Source: Azolla caroliniana (lineage: Eukaryota; Plantae; Polypodiophyta). From it: a DNA stretch of 64,000 bases. The position numbers and the translations under genes are program-made. This document shows positions 28,044 through 46,199 of this stretch, one piece after another (position 1 is the first letter of the stretch; each line of letters starts with the position of its first letter). The notes under the pieces were generated by a model. The model saw only the letters and a list, made by a program, of their open reading frames with translations, was not told where the DNA came from and searched no databases. The DNA lies in contig JBHGNT010000002.1 in the NCBI GenBank assembly GCA_043228905.1, positions 1,860,001 to 1,924,000 of the forward strand, given 5' to 3'.

Positions 28044-29391
28044 ATAAGACCATACCTCAAACCCCATGTAATTTTTCATTTATAATGTTAATTACATGTT
28101 TTTAATTATGTTTCTCTACCTCGCCCTCTCTTTTAATCGTGTTTTAATTATGAATCAATAAGAGGAATCCAACTCCTATTATCCTTCCAATAGACAAAAG
28201 ATTAAGAGCAAAGAAGTTTTGGAAAGAACCAACAATGAAATGTGATGAAATGAAATGTAATCCAAAGTCTTGTAGAAGTCCAAATATTGAGACCTAGTAG
28301 AAACAATAAACTAATCAAAAGATAGAAAAAATGTCATTTGCACCAAAAATGGAGAGTTTAACCCATGAAATTGCGCAACCCTCAGTCATCATGCACCACA
28401 TATTGCTTTCTACCCAAGCTACCATGATATCTTCAGCACACAAGTATAACAAATATTAGGACCCAAGATGTAACATGTTAACACTGTCTAACAGTATTAA
28501 GCTCCAATCTCCAACCCCCATCAAAGAGAAGACTTGAAAACAGTATGTAAAAGCTTGATACAAATGCTAGGGGATTTAAGGCTTAATTCAAAGATTTGGT
28601 TAGACACGTAATTAAGCCATGCTTGAGCTTTAGTCACACTAAGGTAGGGCCATGGAATGGAAAAGGTAGATTGTTGAAGTTCTTATATTTCCTGTCAGAG
28701 ATTTAATGTCAAGAAATGTTTCAACATTAATGTAGTCGAATGAACTTTCTTGAAGTTGAAATATGTATTTACCCCACAACAATGATGTATCTTGCTCTAG
28801 CTAGTTGCATATACCAACGTTGAACAACCATATTTACCTATCCAAACTATGCTAGGAGGTCACAATTTCCTTTCTTAAGTAATGATAAGAAGAAAATACT
28901 CTGATAATCTAAAGCTGCAGGTAATGATAAGAAGGAAATACTTTGATAATCTAAGGCTCCAGGTCTGTGACCTTGGAAATTTCTATTTATTATGTAAATC
29001 ATAGGTACAGAATTGGCCTCTAGAGTCATTACCTATGAAACCCTTTCTACTGCAAACTCAACAAAGCATTTCAAAGAACCATGTCAACTTTGCATACCTC
29101 ACAGACAAATGTTATCCATTTCAATCACCATTAAGAAAAACAAATAGGATTGACATGTTCCATCTCAGGTCAAATGCACTTGGGTAACTTGGGACAATGC
29201 TGAACATTCCAAAATCAGTGTGAGGAACGCCTTATCTAAATTCTCTGCCACTTCTGGAGTTCCAAAGAGGACTGAATATTAATTGCATTTCTATCAACGT
29301 ATTGCTATATGGGTTATGAATCACCATCACCATCGTCATGATGCATAATCGCAACACATCCAAGCGCTTTCAACTAGAATATCACCGCCAG

Positions 29392-33911
<4,520 letters not shown>

Positions 33912-33913
33912 GG

Positions 33914-33952
33914 TCAAACCCTGACAGTGAGGAAGAAGACGGAAAAGGCCAT
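33914..33952 (-). promoter_or_regulatory. Candidate uORF (MAFSVFFLTVRV*) ending 2 nt before the CRT3 ATG
   Basis: gctATGGCC at 33952 and TGA at 33916-33914; main ATG at 33911. Confidence 0.4.
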
Positions 33953-34049
33953 AGCTTATCTAAGATTTAAGAAGAAGGGCGAAGGACTTCTAGAACTTTC
34001 TATGGGGATGGTCCTTTTTGGGCAAGACTCTTCCATTGACTTCAAAGAG

Positions 34050-34946
34050 GACTTTTATTGACTTGACTGAGTTCTTCTTCTCTCACTAGTGTTCCCAAGG
34101 AGATCGGATCCTCTCTATGCTAAGTCTTACGACTCGCCTATCACATTGTAGTATTGGAATGAATTTCATTGACTTGACCAAGTTCTTCTTCTCTCACTGG
34201 CGTTCCCATGGAAATATGATCCTCTCTATGCTAACTCTTATGACTCCATTGTGACATTATATAACATTTGAATGACTTCATTGACTTGACCAAGTTTTTC
34301 TCTTAACTAGTGTTCCCAAGGAAATCAAATCCTCTATATCCTGAGTTTTATGACTCAATTGTGACATTATATAGCATTTGAATGACTTCATTATCTTGAC
34401 CAAGTTCTTCTCTCACTAATGTTCCCAAGGAAATCAAATCCTCTCTATGCTAAGTCTTATGACTCAATTGTGACATTATAAATTTATATGTATAGCATTT
34501 GAATGACTTCATTATCTTATCCAAGTTCTTCTCTCACTAGTGTTCCCAAGGAAATCAAATCCTCTCTATGCTGAGTTTGATGACTCAATTGTGACATTAT
34601 ATAGCATTTGAATGACTTTATTATCTTGACCAAGTTCTTCTCTCACTAGTGTTCCCAAGGAAATCAAATCCTCTCTATGCTAAGTCCTATGACTCAATTG
34701 TGACATTACATTTGAATGACTTCATTATCTTATCCAAGTTCTTCTCTTGGGAACAATCCCGAGGTAATCAGATCCTCTTTGGGCTAATTCCTATTGGCTA
34801 GATTGAAACATTGTAGTATTCAAATGACTTCCATTGAGTTTACCAAGTTCTTGTTCTCCCGTAGTGTTCCCAAGGGAATTAGGTCCTCTTTATGCTAACT
34901 CTTATGACTCAAGCGTAACGTTGTTGCATTCAGACAACGTTCATTA
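34050..34946. repeat. Eight-copy ~110 bp tandem array in the CRT3 proximal promoter
   Basis: Units cattgacttgaccaagttcttctctcactagtgttcccaaggaaatcaaatcctctctatgctaagtcttatgactcaattgtgacatt start at ~34055, 34165, 34277, 34387, 34508, 34617, 34720 and 34830. Confidence 0.95.
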
Positions 34947-35449
34947 TAATATTAGAACAATCGTTGTAACATGTGCTTGGATGTCACCACACCCTCTTGT
35001 CGGTTAGGATAAATTTGGGCTATGAATATTGGCCCCTCTTTTGATGTTATTCAAGTTACAATACTCTAACAAACATTAACGCTTTGTAGGATTGCATTCT
35101 CATTGATCGCATTGAAAAACAATAGTTTGGTATGTGAACATTGGGAAAATTAATTTCACAAATATTACATAATAGCATGGAATTTGTTGTTATGAACTCT
35201 GAAGCACATTGGTAGAGCCCCATTTCTCTCCCTAGAACATAACAACCCATGAATGATTGCATATATTCCTAATGGCTAAGTTTTGAAGAGTTGATAACAA
35301 CAATTGCAACATGTTGGCAAACTCAAAATGGTAGGAAGGCATCGATTTTGATTCATAATCCCAACAAGAATAGGGCACTAGCCAAAAACAAGTAATTTTT
35401 TATGTTTATGGTCCAATTATCACCTTCATTGCATCTATTTGCTTACATT

Positions 35450-36400
35450 CTATATGTCCTTGCATTTGTGATCAATCTAGAATTATGATGGGAGAGTCAA
35501 TGAGATATTTGAAATATCCACTTAATTCACATACAAAGGTACTACCGTGCATATAACGCAAGAAAGGTATCTTTGAGCTTGATATCTCAACATGACCCTT
35601 CAAACTCAACTACGTCGTACACCCTCATGGGTTGATTAGTGTGGATGTCCTGGTATTATCAAGTGCATACAAGTTGAATGCCGTTGAAATTGACACAATC
35701 TTGTTCTAACTTGAGCATCTTGGTTTCGTGAATATATTCGTTAGTGTCGTGATGGAAAGTCAAGATGGTGTCTAAGGTTCCATTATTATAGATAGCTAGC
35801 GTCTCCTCGTGTCAAGGCTTTGATGGGATGTAGGAAGGAGTGTCTTTTCTTTGCGGTAGAGGGAACCTTGGCCATGTTGGATACAATAAGGAACCATTTG
35901 CACCAAAACTTTCCCACCATCCATGCATAAACAATGTACCAACTTTGGATCAAGCACAACAAATTTGTTCCATGAGGGGCCTCAAGAAAGTGTGTTGGTA
36001 AGAGACATATGCAGTAGAACTTCATTTGCTTTGAGCCCCAATCAAGAACCCAAGATCCAACAAGAAAAAGAATGTTTTTTATCTAGAGATGAGGAGAGAA
36101 ATATTGAACAAGCCTATAATGAGTGGGTCATTGGATAGGATGGTTTCGTGTCCAATTCGGAACAAGAAGCCATTGATCACATGTAAGCTGCTCAAACAAT
36201 TGCTCCCATTTCACATGCTACCGACCAATTGAGTAATGCCAAGTTCTTGCACTGCATCATCATGTCATGACTTCTCAAGCTGCACTCTCAAGAGGTCAAC
36301 GCAATTTTGACCTTCCAATGTCTATATGCATCAATGTAAGACATCACCCCACAAGCATGCCATAGTGTTGGTTGTCCAACGAGTCCGAGGAAAGCCATAA
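35450..36400 (+). mobile_element. Highly decayed Gypsy RT/RNase H remnant
   Basis: LEHLGFV...KV.II..(W)..PRVKALMG-like succession across frameshifts. Confidence 0.3.
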
Positions 36401-36899
36401 TTATAAATTAGTAAGAAAACAATAAACATTTAATTAGTCTTTATATGACTACAATTAGTTTGGAATGGGCCTCTAATTACACAATCCAACAATATTAATC
36501 ATTAGACCTAAATAGTGGATAAAGACCCATCATGTAAACCAAATTAAGATGTTGATAGTGCAGTTGCGATAATCAGACTTCTGATAGAAGAATCATTGTG
36601 TATACTAATCTAAAATTGCTCCTATTTTCTATTGATTCTCCGTTTATCAATTGTTGATGTTAATCTATATTCATTTATGATGCCAATTGCACTATTATTG
36701 CCTTCTTTCTCACTCTCTTGTAATCGTTGGTCTTTGCAGAGCATGTACGAGAAAGTTCGTAGGTAAGGATGTAGCGTAGAAGTATTTGAGGTGAAACAAT
36801 GCTTGAAGTGCCTTGCCCTTCTCCTAGGAAAGACGTTACTAGTAGGAAATGATTGTAGGGATGCCTTTGAGTACTATGAGGTAATGCACTCTAACATGT

Positions 36900-38100
36900 C
36901 ATGCCTTCAAGTGTGTTTGTGCAAATTATGGAGTTTGAATAGTCACAAATGTGCATATCAACATAAACAACGGAAAACCTCGACGATACATAAAAAGATG
37001 TTCCCAAACAAATGGAAATATGTTAACAACAATAAAGTCATTGATTGAATAGAATAAGTGTTAGAATAAATTTTAAGCTTCGGCGACTTGTTACTACATC
37101 AATATCCTACATGTGAACAAAGTATGTCTCAAGGGTGCTAAATCATGCCCTAGTTTCTTGCATGGATTGATCAACACGAAGGCCTTCTAATCGAGAGTTT
37201 CATAGATGGAAATTGTTCTCAAAATAATCCATCAGAATCGTAGTTTGTCTAGAGATATCAATAGTTTTCTAAGGCAAATGTCCCTAGAATTCGTATATTA
37301 TTAAATTATGGATATGTTGTTGTAAATCATCAATATTGACATTGTTACTTCATAAGAACTACAAACAATTTTAACACTTGTGGGAGTGAAGGTAAATGTC
37401 CCTTGATTGGAAAATTAACATTTCAATGTTTTGTGTTAAACAAACTATGTTAGACTTTGATATAATGTCAAATAATAAGGGTAAAAATGTGTGTCTGTAG
37501 TGCAATGTGCATAAGTCGTCAAGATTATTGCCTCCCAAAATATGGAAGTTGTTTTTCAACTCTGTTACATTACCAATATATTTGGACTTTTTTTTTAATT
37601 ACTACTAATACTACTTAAAAACAAACCATTGTGTTTATTTCTCCAATGTTTCGAGAAACCAAATAGTTACTACTAGTAGTGTATATTTATTAGTGAAACA
37701 TATTTGGCAATCCAATGCATTCTTTGATTCTCTTTTTAATCCAAAAATGCACTCTCTAATTCTTGGATGAAAATTATTTTATATATGTCAATCATTATTC
37801 GTATATTCCCATTAATTTATAAATTATCACTATGATCCCATGTCTACTTGAAGATTTGTATATTCATGCATGTATATGAGCAAGTGGAAGTATAGTATTA
37901 ACAAAAGGAAACATCTATCATTTATATACTGCCAAAGTATTTGTTGATAATGAACTTGGGGTATCCTGAAGTTTCAATTATTTGGAAGAGTTAGAGTATG
38001 ACCAAAACATGGCCTTATGGTGGGTGTCATTAACCCTCTCTATTTCAAAAGACATTTTTCAATCCAACCTATCTTAACAATTCATTATTTAAATGTATTA
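36900..38100 (+). mobile_element. Decayed Penelope-like (Naiad/Chlamys-type) RT remnant
   Basis: KTSTIHKKMFPNKWKY; GDL-x13-KGAK at 37082-37142 (one frameshift); KINISMFCVK; LPIY...KPL(R)FIS; EDLYIH, in PLE order. Confidence 0.4.
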
Positions 38101-39887
38101 TATATGGATTTCTTGTTAATAAAATTGTCAATGAATATACAACCAACTATCCCATGCATAGATAGAGATCAAATGACATAAAAATAAACCAACCATCATT
38201 ATTATTATTTTCAAAAAAATCAACAAACCATTATTAAGCCAAACTAATATGTTGTAGAATTGATATGATTTTATAGGTTTGAGCTAATATGTATACAAGA
38301 CGTTTGAATGTCCAAAAGTAAATAGAACATCATGCCCATACGAGGATGGATTTTGATCATTTTCAAAAAGGAAGAGTGCGTAGTCTTTACAAAGTTAATA
38401 AAAGGTCTTCTAAGTGACTATATAAATTGGTTAGGTGTGCAAGTAAGATAAAGTTTGTATATGAAGCAAATGGTCATCTTTTTTTATTTTAATTCTTAGA
38501 TAATGAACCAGGACATGTGTGAACATGTGACGTAAACCTGTGAGCATAGATTGACACATGCGTGATATTCTCCATGCGTGACATTCTCAATATTCGAGAA
38601 TACAAAATGGCCCTAAGAATATTTAAAAACCATTCGTTTTGTAAAATAAATATAAAATTAATTAATTTAAAAATAAATAAATTTAATTCACTAAAAAAAA
38701 GAACAATTATTCATTAATAAATTATAAAAATATGATTAGTATAAACTCTCCTTTCTAGTGTTAAATAAAAAAAGAGGAGAGTCTATGAACCTTTATTTTA
38801 TTTAAATAATTGATTTTTTTATTTAAAAAAAACGAATATTTTTATATTTACTATGAAAACATGATTAATGTGAAGTCTCAATATTAATGTCAGGTAAAAA
38901 TATCCATAAATTTTGGGAAAAGAAAAGGTGAAGAATTAATGAACCTTTATTTTATTTTATTTATTTATTAAAAATAAAACGAAAATTTATTTAATTTAAT
39001 TTATTTATTTAGTAAAGAATCAAGATCTCCAATGAAAATTTATTACTGTCAAGTCTCTCTCAACTCTCTATTTTATTATCCCCTTTTTATTGTCAAGTCC
39101 CCCTTTTTTTCCTAAGAAACTAAAAGGAGGGAGTTCATCTCCTTTTTTTTTTTTAAACGAATACTTGACCACACGAATGTATGCGTATTCGTTTGCATTC
39201 GAATGGAAAATCCCACGAATGCGAATATGTCAATCTATGCCTGCGAGCATCAAACGACAACGACCCACAATTATATATATATATATATATATATATCTAT
39301 ATAGAGGGAGAGACCTTAGGGTCCATTAAATTTGTATGCATTAAACACACAATAGAAATGAAGCATATTTTTCATTCATTATATTTTGCAATTCATTGAC
39401 AGCTAAGTTGTGATTGTGCCAAACCGAATTGAGGTGGTCGTGGGTGTATGAACAACAATTTAATGTTATGGTCAAGTTACTAGATTCAATCATAGTTCTC
39501 AATTATGAGAGATCAAGCCTTGCTCACAAAAGACATGTTCTCTATTGGAGAAAGGGCGAGGGGAAAAAATAATCTAAAACCCTTTCTTGCATGTTGTTGG
39601 TGTGCAAATTTCAATTATAATCACTCTTGCCATGATTTCTTTGAGTTGGGGGCTTGCTATGAAATCGACTTTTGTCATAACATTTTTACTCTTGGAGGCA
39701 GGGGGAAACCATTCCAAATGTAAACTTTTTGAGGAGGAAATTAATATGAAAAATGATATACAAACGTGGGAAGATATTGATGATCACGTCAACTTCATGA
39801 CACTTAGGCAGAAGTTGATAAACCATATATAGCTTACCAATTTATATACAATTCATGATATCTTGATCTCTTCTTCTGCTTGTATCC

Positions 39888-42241
39888 ATGGATCATCTTG
39901 AAAGTATGGCTTACTCTTCTTCTTCTTTGGCTACTTGTACTAATGACCAAGAAACTCCTAATAGTGTTCAAGCCAATGACCATCCACTAGAAAATAACTT
40001 AATGCCTCCATATCTCAACATCTTACCAAAGAAAATGCCTGCTCTATGGGCAGGACTAAATAACATATTGTCTACCACTGTGTGGCATGGCCAGAGACAA
40101 CCTTTACATGACTGGATTAAGTGTCATAATCTCAACTATGAATATGGATATAATCATGGGTCAACCAATGATCATACCAAGAGGAAAGTTAAGATCAGAT
40201 CATGGCAATTCACAATCTCCCTCATTATCATACAGTTTCTGGAGGCATTCCGAGGGCCTCTTGGCACCATGGGCCGGTTCATCGAATGGTTTCTTAATTT
40301 CATGGCATTCAATGGTGGCCGCCTCGTCCTTGACATATTGCTTCTACGATTTGGTAACATAAGCTTTATATAACATTTTCGAACTAGATGTAATGCCTCT
40401 CATACCACTTAGATTGATAGAGTTTCAACACAAAAATGTTTTTTACAATGTCAATGAATGTTGGAGTTGTGATTTGTAGATAGAATCATATGGTCTCCCT
40501 CTAAGGACTCTCCTAGATATTACTCCTTCATTGGTTGGTTGGACCCACGGCAGGAGCTTCTGGATGATCTGGCTGGCCACCAATCAACCACATTTGCGGA
40601 CCAATATCACACGAATACCCGAAGCTTTGTGGACCTTGCCGTGATGGCCTCGAAGCTTGCATATGAGTCCGAACACGTCCAGAAAGATGTGGTGAACAAT
40701 GTGTGGAAGGTAGCTCTTCATTCAAGTTCCAACACCTTTAATATGTATATGGACAAATCCTATCCATTAGTTTAACATTTTAATTACTCGTACTCAATAT
40801 TCATCATGGTAAACTAATAATCATGAAGGGTTTAAGCATCTATCTGATGTGTTGTATTGAATTTTGATTCAGATGAATTTCAATAAGTTCTACACCTTCT
40901 GGAATGGTAAGTATGGGTCATGAATAGTTGTAAGAAATTACAACTAAGTTTCCATGTACTTTGTTGTACATACCTTATTTTATGTCGCCTTGGGCCAATG
41001 ATTATTCATGATCGTTGTGATACTCATATATAGCACCATTGGCCCCCAGGTGATCGTTATTTAGTATTGTTATTTTGTTTATCGGACAAGCTCCTCGCTA
41101 TAACCCATTGGTTATTGAATTGTTTTTGACTTAATAGATCGTGTCCATGAGAATACCACCCATGCATTTGCTTTCACCGACAAAATTACCGACGCTAATA
41201 TCATATTTCTCGCCTTCCGTGGAACCGAGCCCTTCAATGCCGTTAATTGGGCAATCAACTTCGATTTCTCTTTTGTACAACTCGATGCAGGGCATGTCCA
41301 CGTCGGCTTTCTCGAGGCCCTCAGTTTAGTTAATCGAGAACATCCTGACACGTTTGCATGCTTCAAGCAAAATTGTGAGGACATGAACTCTAATGCTAGT
41401 TGGGGTTCATCCGAAGAGCCCAATGGCACATGCATTACCGGCTTAAGGAAAACAGATGCAAATGAGACCAAGGAATTGGCATTTGACGTTCTTACCAAGG
41501 AGCTATGGGGATTATTACATGAGAACCCGAATGCAAAGCTTTTCGTGTCAGGTCATAGTCTAGGAGGTGCATTGGCACTTCTATTTGTGGGTATATTGAT
41601 GTACAAACAACGAAACGAGAAAGAGAAAGAGATCTTGAAGAGGTTAGCTTCAGTACACACATTTGGGCAACCACGAATTTGTGATGGTTTGTTCTCTGAT
41701 TTCATGGCAAAAAACTTTGAGAAATGGAATATAGACTTTTACAGGATTGTCTATAACAATGATATCGTGAGTCGAGTTCCCTTCGATGACCATATTTTTA
41801 ATTTTAAGCATGTTGGGCATTCGTGCTACTACTACAACAGTTGTTTCCGTGAGAAGGTATCTATGATTACAATCAGGATTAGAATGAAATGACAATATGT
41901 TCTAGACTTGAAGAGCCAACATTAATTTAATATTTGACGTTCTAATTTTGGTATTTAAATGCATTGTGCTTTATTGCTAGAATCTCGCCTCCGAGCCGAA
42001 CAAGAACTTCTTTTCGTGGTGGTATGTGGTGCCAATGTGGCTAAATGCGATATGGGAGTTACTTCAAGGCTTGTTTCTAGGAAAGTGGTTGTATGGGAAA
42101 GAATATACACAAGGGATCCTTACAATCATAATACGAGTGGTAGGATTGATGTTGCCCGGGGTTTCATCACATCTTCCAGTAAATTATGTGGATGCTATTC
42201 GTTTAGGTCCTGCCATCTTAGTGAAGAATAATTTGGATTAA
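39888..42241 (+). CDS. Class-3 triacylglycerol lipase, OBL1-like. 5 exons: 39888-40353, 40480-40709, 40873-40906, 41138-41856, 41981-42241
   Basis: YSFIGWLDPR, DLAVMASKLAYE, AFRGTEPFNA.NW..NFDFS, HVGFLEAL, nucleophile GHSLGGALA, HTFGQPRI, RIVYNNDIVSRVPFDD..FKHVG, EPNKNFFS, PGVSSHLPVNYVDAIRLG; GT-AG introns in phase. Confidence 0.93.
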
Positions 42242-43244
42242 CATATAATAAATGAACCCAAGTTATAAATGTTGGATTCCTAATATAAGTCACAAACTTA
42301 CAAAACTACAACTTAGACCATCGCAGGCATGGTTTACATCAACCTAGGTACAATTGGTAGTTATGAACACTTATCATGGATTTAAATGTATTATACCAAG
42401 AGCATGAATGAGATGCCAAAATGCATTGTAGGTGTTGCTAAAACCCATTTACATATTACTATTACTTAATATGTAACTATCCCCATTGACTATTTATATG
42501 AGGATTGCTAATAATGGTTGTTCAAATTGGTGGTATTGAACAACACAAGCATAACATATGTTGTAAATATGACATCTCTACTTGAACATCAATAGACTAA
42601 TAAAATTCTTGTACTTGTAATTGGGTAACAACCAAGAAGATGGTACAAAAGGAGTGTTTGTTACCATTTTGCTTGTTTACCGAAATGTTATTGAATTTGT
42701 CATGTAAACAATGCTTGATTTGTCTTTGAAAGGTTTATTTATATGAATACCTATAACTTATGCGCTTGGTGGAATATTCCCAACAAACAAGAGGTTCGAG
42801 GAGAGTTATTCTAGTGATATATTGTATTTCAAACTCAATGGCTTTCTAAAACTATAAAACATACCTAACATGGTACCTTCCAAATGAGTAGTTCATTGCA
42901 CCTATAGCATGCATTACACACCATAATCATAATGGTTTGTCAATTTATATTTCTTAATATAATCATTGGAATTTTGAATATACTAACGACATTCAAAGTG
43001 GTCATGTACTTGAAACCTACTTTCTTTAAATAAAATAAAATTAGAGAAGGGGATAATGAAAACAATGATGGTGAAAATGACATTGAGTTTGGATCCTTGA
43101 GGCCGTGAGATTTTGAGCACATTCGTCATACTTTCCCAATTAGTGTTAGCATGAACCTTTGAGGAACCTTAATGTTTGCACATCCTCAGCTAGTGTTATC
43201 GTGGACCTTCAAAACCTTTAAAAACATTTTCCAAATATTTGAGG

Positions 43245-44400
43245 TAGGCTTGCCCCCTCAAGTGTTTGTGACGCTCCTCACTAACCTCCCTAAGTGACCG
43301 TAATTCTAATCCTAATTGTCAATGTGGATTACTTTATTATACAATGTACGAATTTAATTATCCCATTGGTAGGTCATCATCTCCTCCAAGTTCTCATGTG
43401 CACACAAACTTTGCGTCAAGGCCCCTAGAGTATAAAATGCCAACCATTTCAAAGAAGTTCATTAGGATCCATTTATTAAAATATCAATTGCAACATACAT
43501 TTTGGTAGTTGTTTATTAAATACCTTGTTTCAAAGGTCCTCATTATCTCAAATTTGAGTTTTACAAAGGACTCTCTATGCCAATCACTTCCAATTACAAT
43601 CTAGTTTATTATGCCTTTCTAATCCAAGGTTATATTCCTTTACCATATTATACGTGTCCATATTGAGTTTCACAAGATAGAAGAAATCCATTGAATGAAA
43701 GTCATGATCATACTATTTTTCAATTATTGAGCAAACTAGAATAAAATTTTAAGTTGACATTTCACTTCGTATACTATGTACACGTTGGTGGCATGTATGA
43801 CAAGGATGCCATATGTGTATGAATCTCGGTATTATTATTAAAAACAATGGAAACATGGACGTAGGTGTGTTGAAACTATGCTTATTTTGGAAAATTATTG
43901 ATTCAATAATAGAAGAAAGCTTTGTTATATCAATATTATTTCCATTGCATTTTGAGTGAAGTACATATTTAATCCTTTCCCCCCCAAAAAAACTCCTTCC
44001 ATTAGTTATAAAATTTTATAGATGAGAATGTTATATTCAAATCCTAGTACGGGTGTGATAGTTCCATCTTATGTGGAGGTCCACTAACTCAAGAAAGGAA
44101 GAGGACGACCAATGTTGGATGAAGGCTAATCATTGTTTTTCGACTCCATCGGATCTACCCGCAAGGCCATCGTATTGGCTCTTTAGAGTGGCTACATTTT
44201 CATTCCATATGTCCCGCAATAACATTGCGTGATCCACGGTTTGATTGGAAAAGACCCGTCTACACCATGTTGAGAATCTAAAGTGTTATTGGGTTGACTA
44301 ATTCCAACACAACTTGAGCTAAATGACATTAATAGGAATTGAGTGGAATCTATTGTCGGTGTTGGAAAACAAGATCTCTTGTGCCTTTATCACCAACGTC
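43245..44400 (-). mobile_element. Highly decayed Copia RT/RNase H end with PPT
   Basis: Minus-strand resemblance to the Copia RNase H end (~43440-43600) followed by PPT-like TTGAGGGGG at ~43253-43261. Confidence 0.3.
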
Positions 44401-45284
44401 ATCCCCTCTCCCTAATGTTCATACTTGTCAATTGGGCCTGCCATGATAACCAACATACATTCCCCCACTTGATTGTGCCTCAAAATTTAACCTATAGGCA
44501 TCAATATAAATCACATCATAATTTATCGTGTTAGAGTAGGGATGCAAGAAATGCATTGTCAAAGCAATGTAAGCTATTGTTTAGTAGGCATTTAAGTCAT
44601 TTAAGTGCTTTCCATATGCATTATATCGTGCAATATTAACTTGATGATGATATTTGCATCTCATTTTCTTCACATAAAAGTAGTGTATACATATATAAAA
44701 ACAATGTAACCATACAAAAAACCCCTTGGTGCCCATGTTACATCATCATGAATGATAATCTTATGGCAATGTAAATCATATAAGGGATTCCAATATTATT
44801 AGATATATAATGGCAACTCTTTTGAAGACAAGGTGGTGTCCACAAAGTTTAGTGTGAAATTGATCAAATCAATTTTACTTTCAACTTATGTACCTATTGG
44901 GGTATTTCATGGAGACCATCAAACATCTCACATGCCGAGTGTACGATAGACACCAATACTTAAGTTAGCCAAACACTACACCATATGATGGGGAGGGGGT
45001 TGGGGTAAAGCTTTGGCTCATTGAGCAAAAACCTATTGAAGGGTGACGAAATATTTCCAACTAACAAGGCCCAAAGTTCCAAATGGCTTTTGCAATTGGG
45101 TATATAAAGAGTGTGTGCTTGGAAGATGAAATTGTGATCATGAATCATTCAACACTTTAGGCCACTGTCAAGTACATCACATAATATGTAATGTCAGTGA
45201 TGCATTCAATACTAAACAAGCTCTATCTTCAATTAACTTATGAATAATGCCATAGTTGTGCATGAGTACCTTTGCTTCTCACTT

Positions 45285-45626
45285 TTTTTTTTGAAAGAAA
45301 GATACACCTTAGTATATTACTTGAGAAATGTACATATAGAAAACAGAAGGAGACATTTCATCTCACCTCTATTGTAATACAAAGGCTAATACCAACATAT
45401 GATCAAACAGATGATATTATATAAGAAACAAGTGGAGCACAAACTACAAGCTATGCAATAAAAAAGAGGGTATGGCATAATTCCACCTCATACCAAAAAT
45501 TGTATATGAAAATAAGTGAAGTCATCGCCACCGTTTCTTAAAGTCCACTTGATGTTGCCTTAGAGCATCAACTGAACCCTACAGATCATCATATTGCCCA
45601 TGTAGGGCATGGACAAATAACATCCC
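45285..45626 (-). mobile_element. 5'-truncated LINE (ORF2 C-terminal end, short 3' UTR, poly(A)) with 17-bp TSD
   Basis: TSD ACCTTTGC(T/C)TCTCACTT at 45268-45284 and 45627-45643; encodes VHALHGQYDDL*GS...RWNYAIP, homologous to VHTVKGEYDSYKGS...KWNYVPP of the 18-kb LINE. Confidence 0.85.
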
Positions 45627-46199
45627 ACCTTTGCCTCTCACTTAGTCACTCACATTTTGATTTTTCTCTAAGATAAACTTTAACCACCTCTTATGCATGA
45701 CCAACAACCACCGTATGCAATAGTGTGGTTCTACATTCATTTGAATATGACAAGCTTGTTGCATTATCGGTTAACTAGTTCACGACATTAATAGGATGAC
45801 CTTTGAGTCGAACAAATTAGGTTTCTAATTTTTCAACATGGACGAAATTGTGGAGTGCCAAATAGTGTGCATAATGACATATTATGAAAATGCATCTAAA
45901 TGCCAATTAAATATTAATACATCATAAACTATGTGTGGTTACATGTGAAACTTGAGAAGAAAGCAAAGACATTAAAAGAACCTTGTGATGATCATACAAA
46001 CATCATTCCTATATGGTCAACATTTGTTATGGGATGGCACTATTGCATGCTTCTGAACAAGGGGTCCATGCCTTTATTGAGTGGCATTAAAGAGAAGCTT
46101 AGGAGAAGATGAGAAATGTAATCAAGGCTATTCTTTATATTTGTTTATATTTTGATAGTAATTACATATGAGTAATGGAAAGCTATTATGGTATAACAT

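Noticed and set aside
34050-34946. 110-bp array as CRISPR or an RNA-gene cluster
   Set aside because: Whole units are homologous with no spacers; no tRNA, 5S or snoRNA structure is recognisable.
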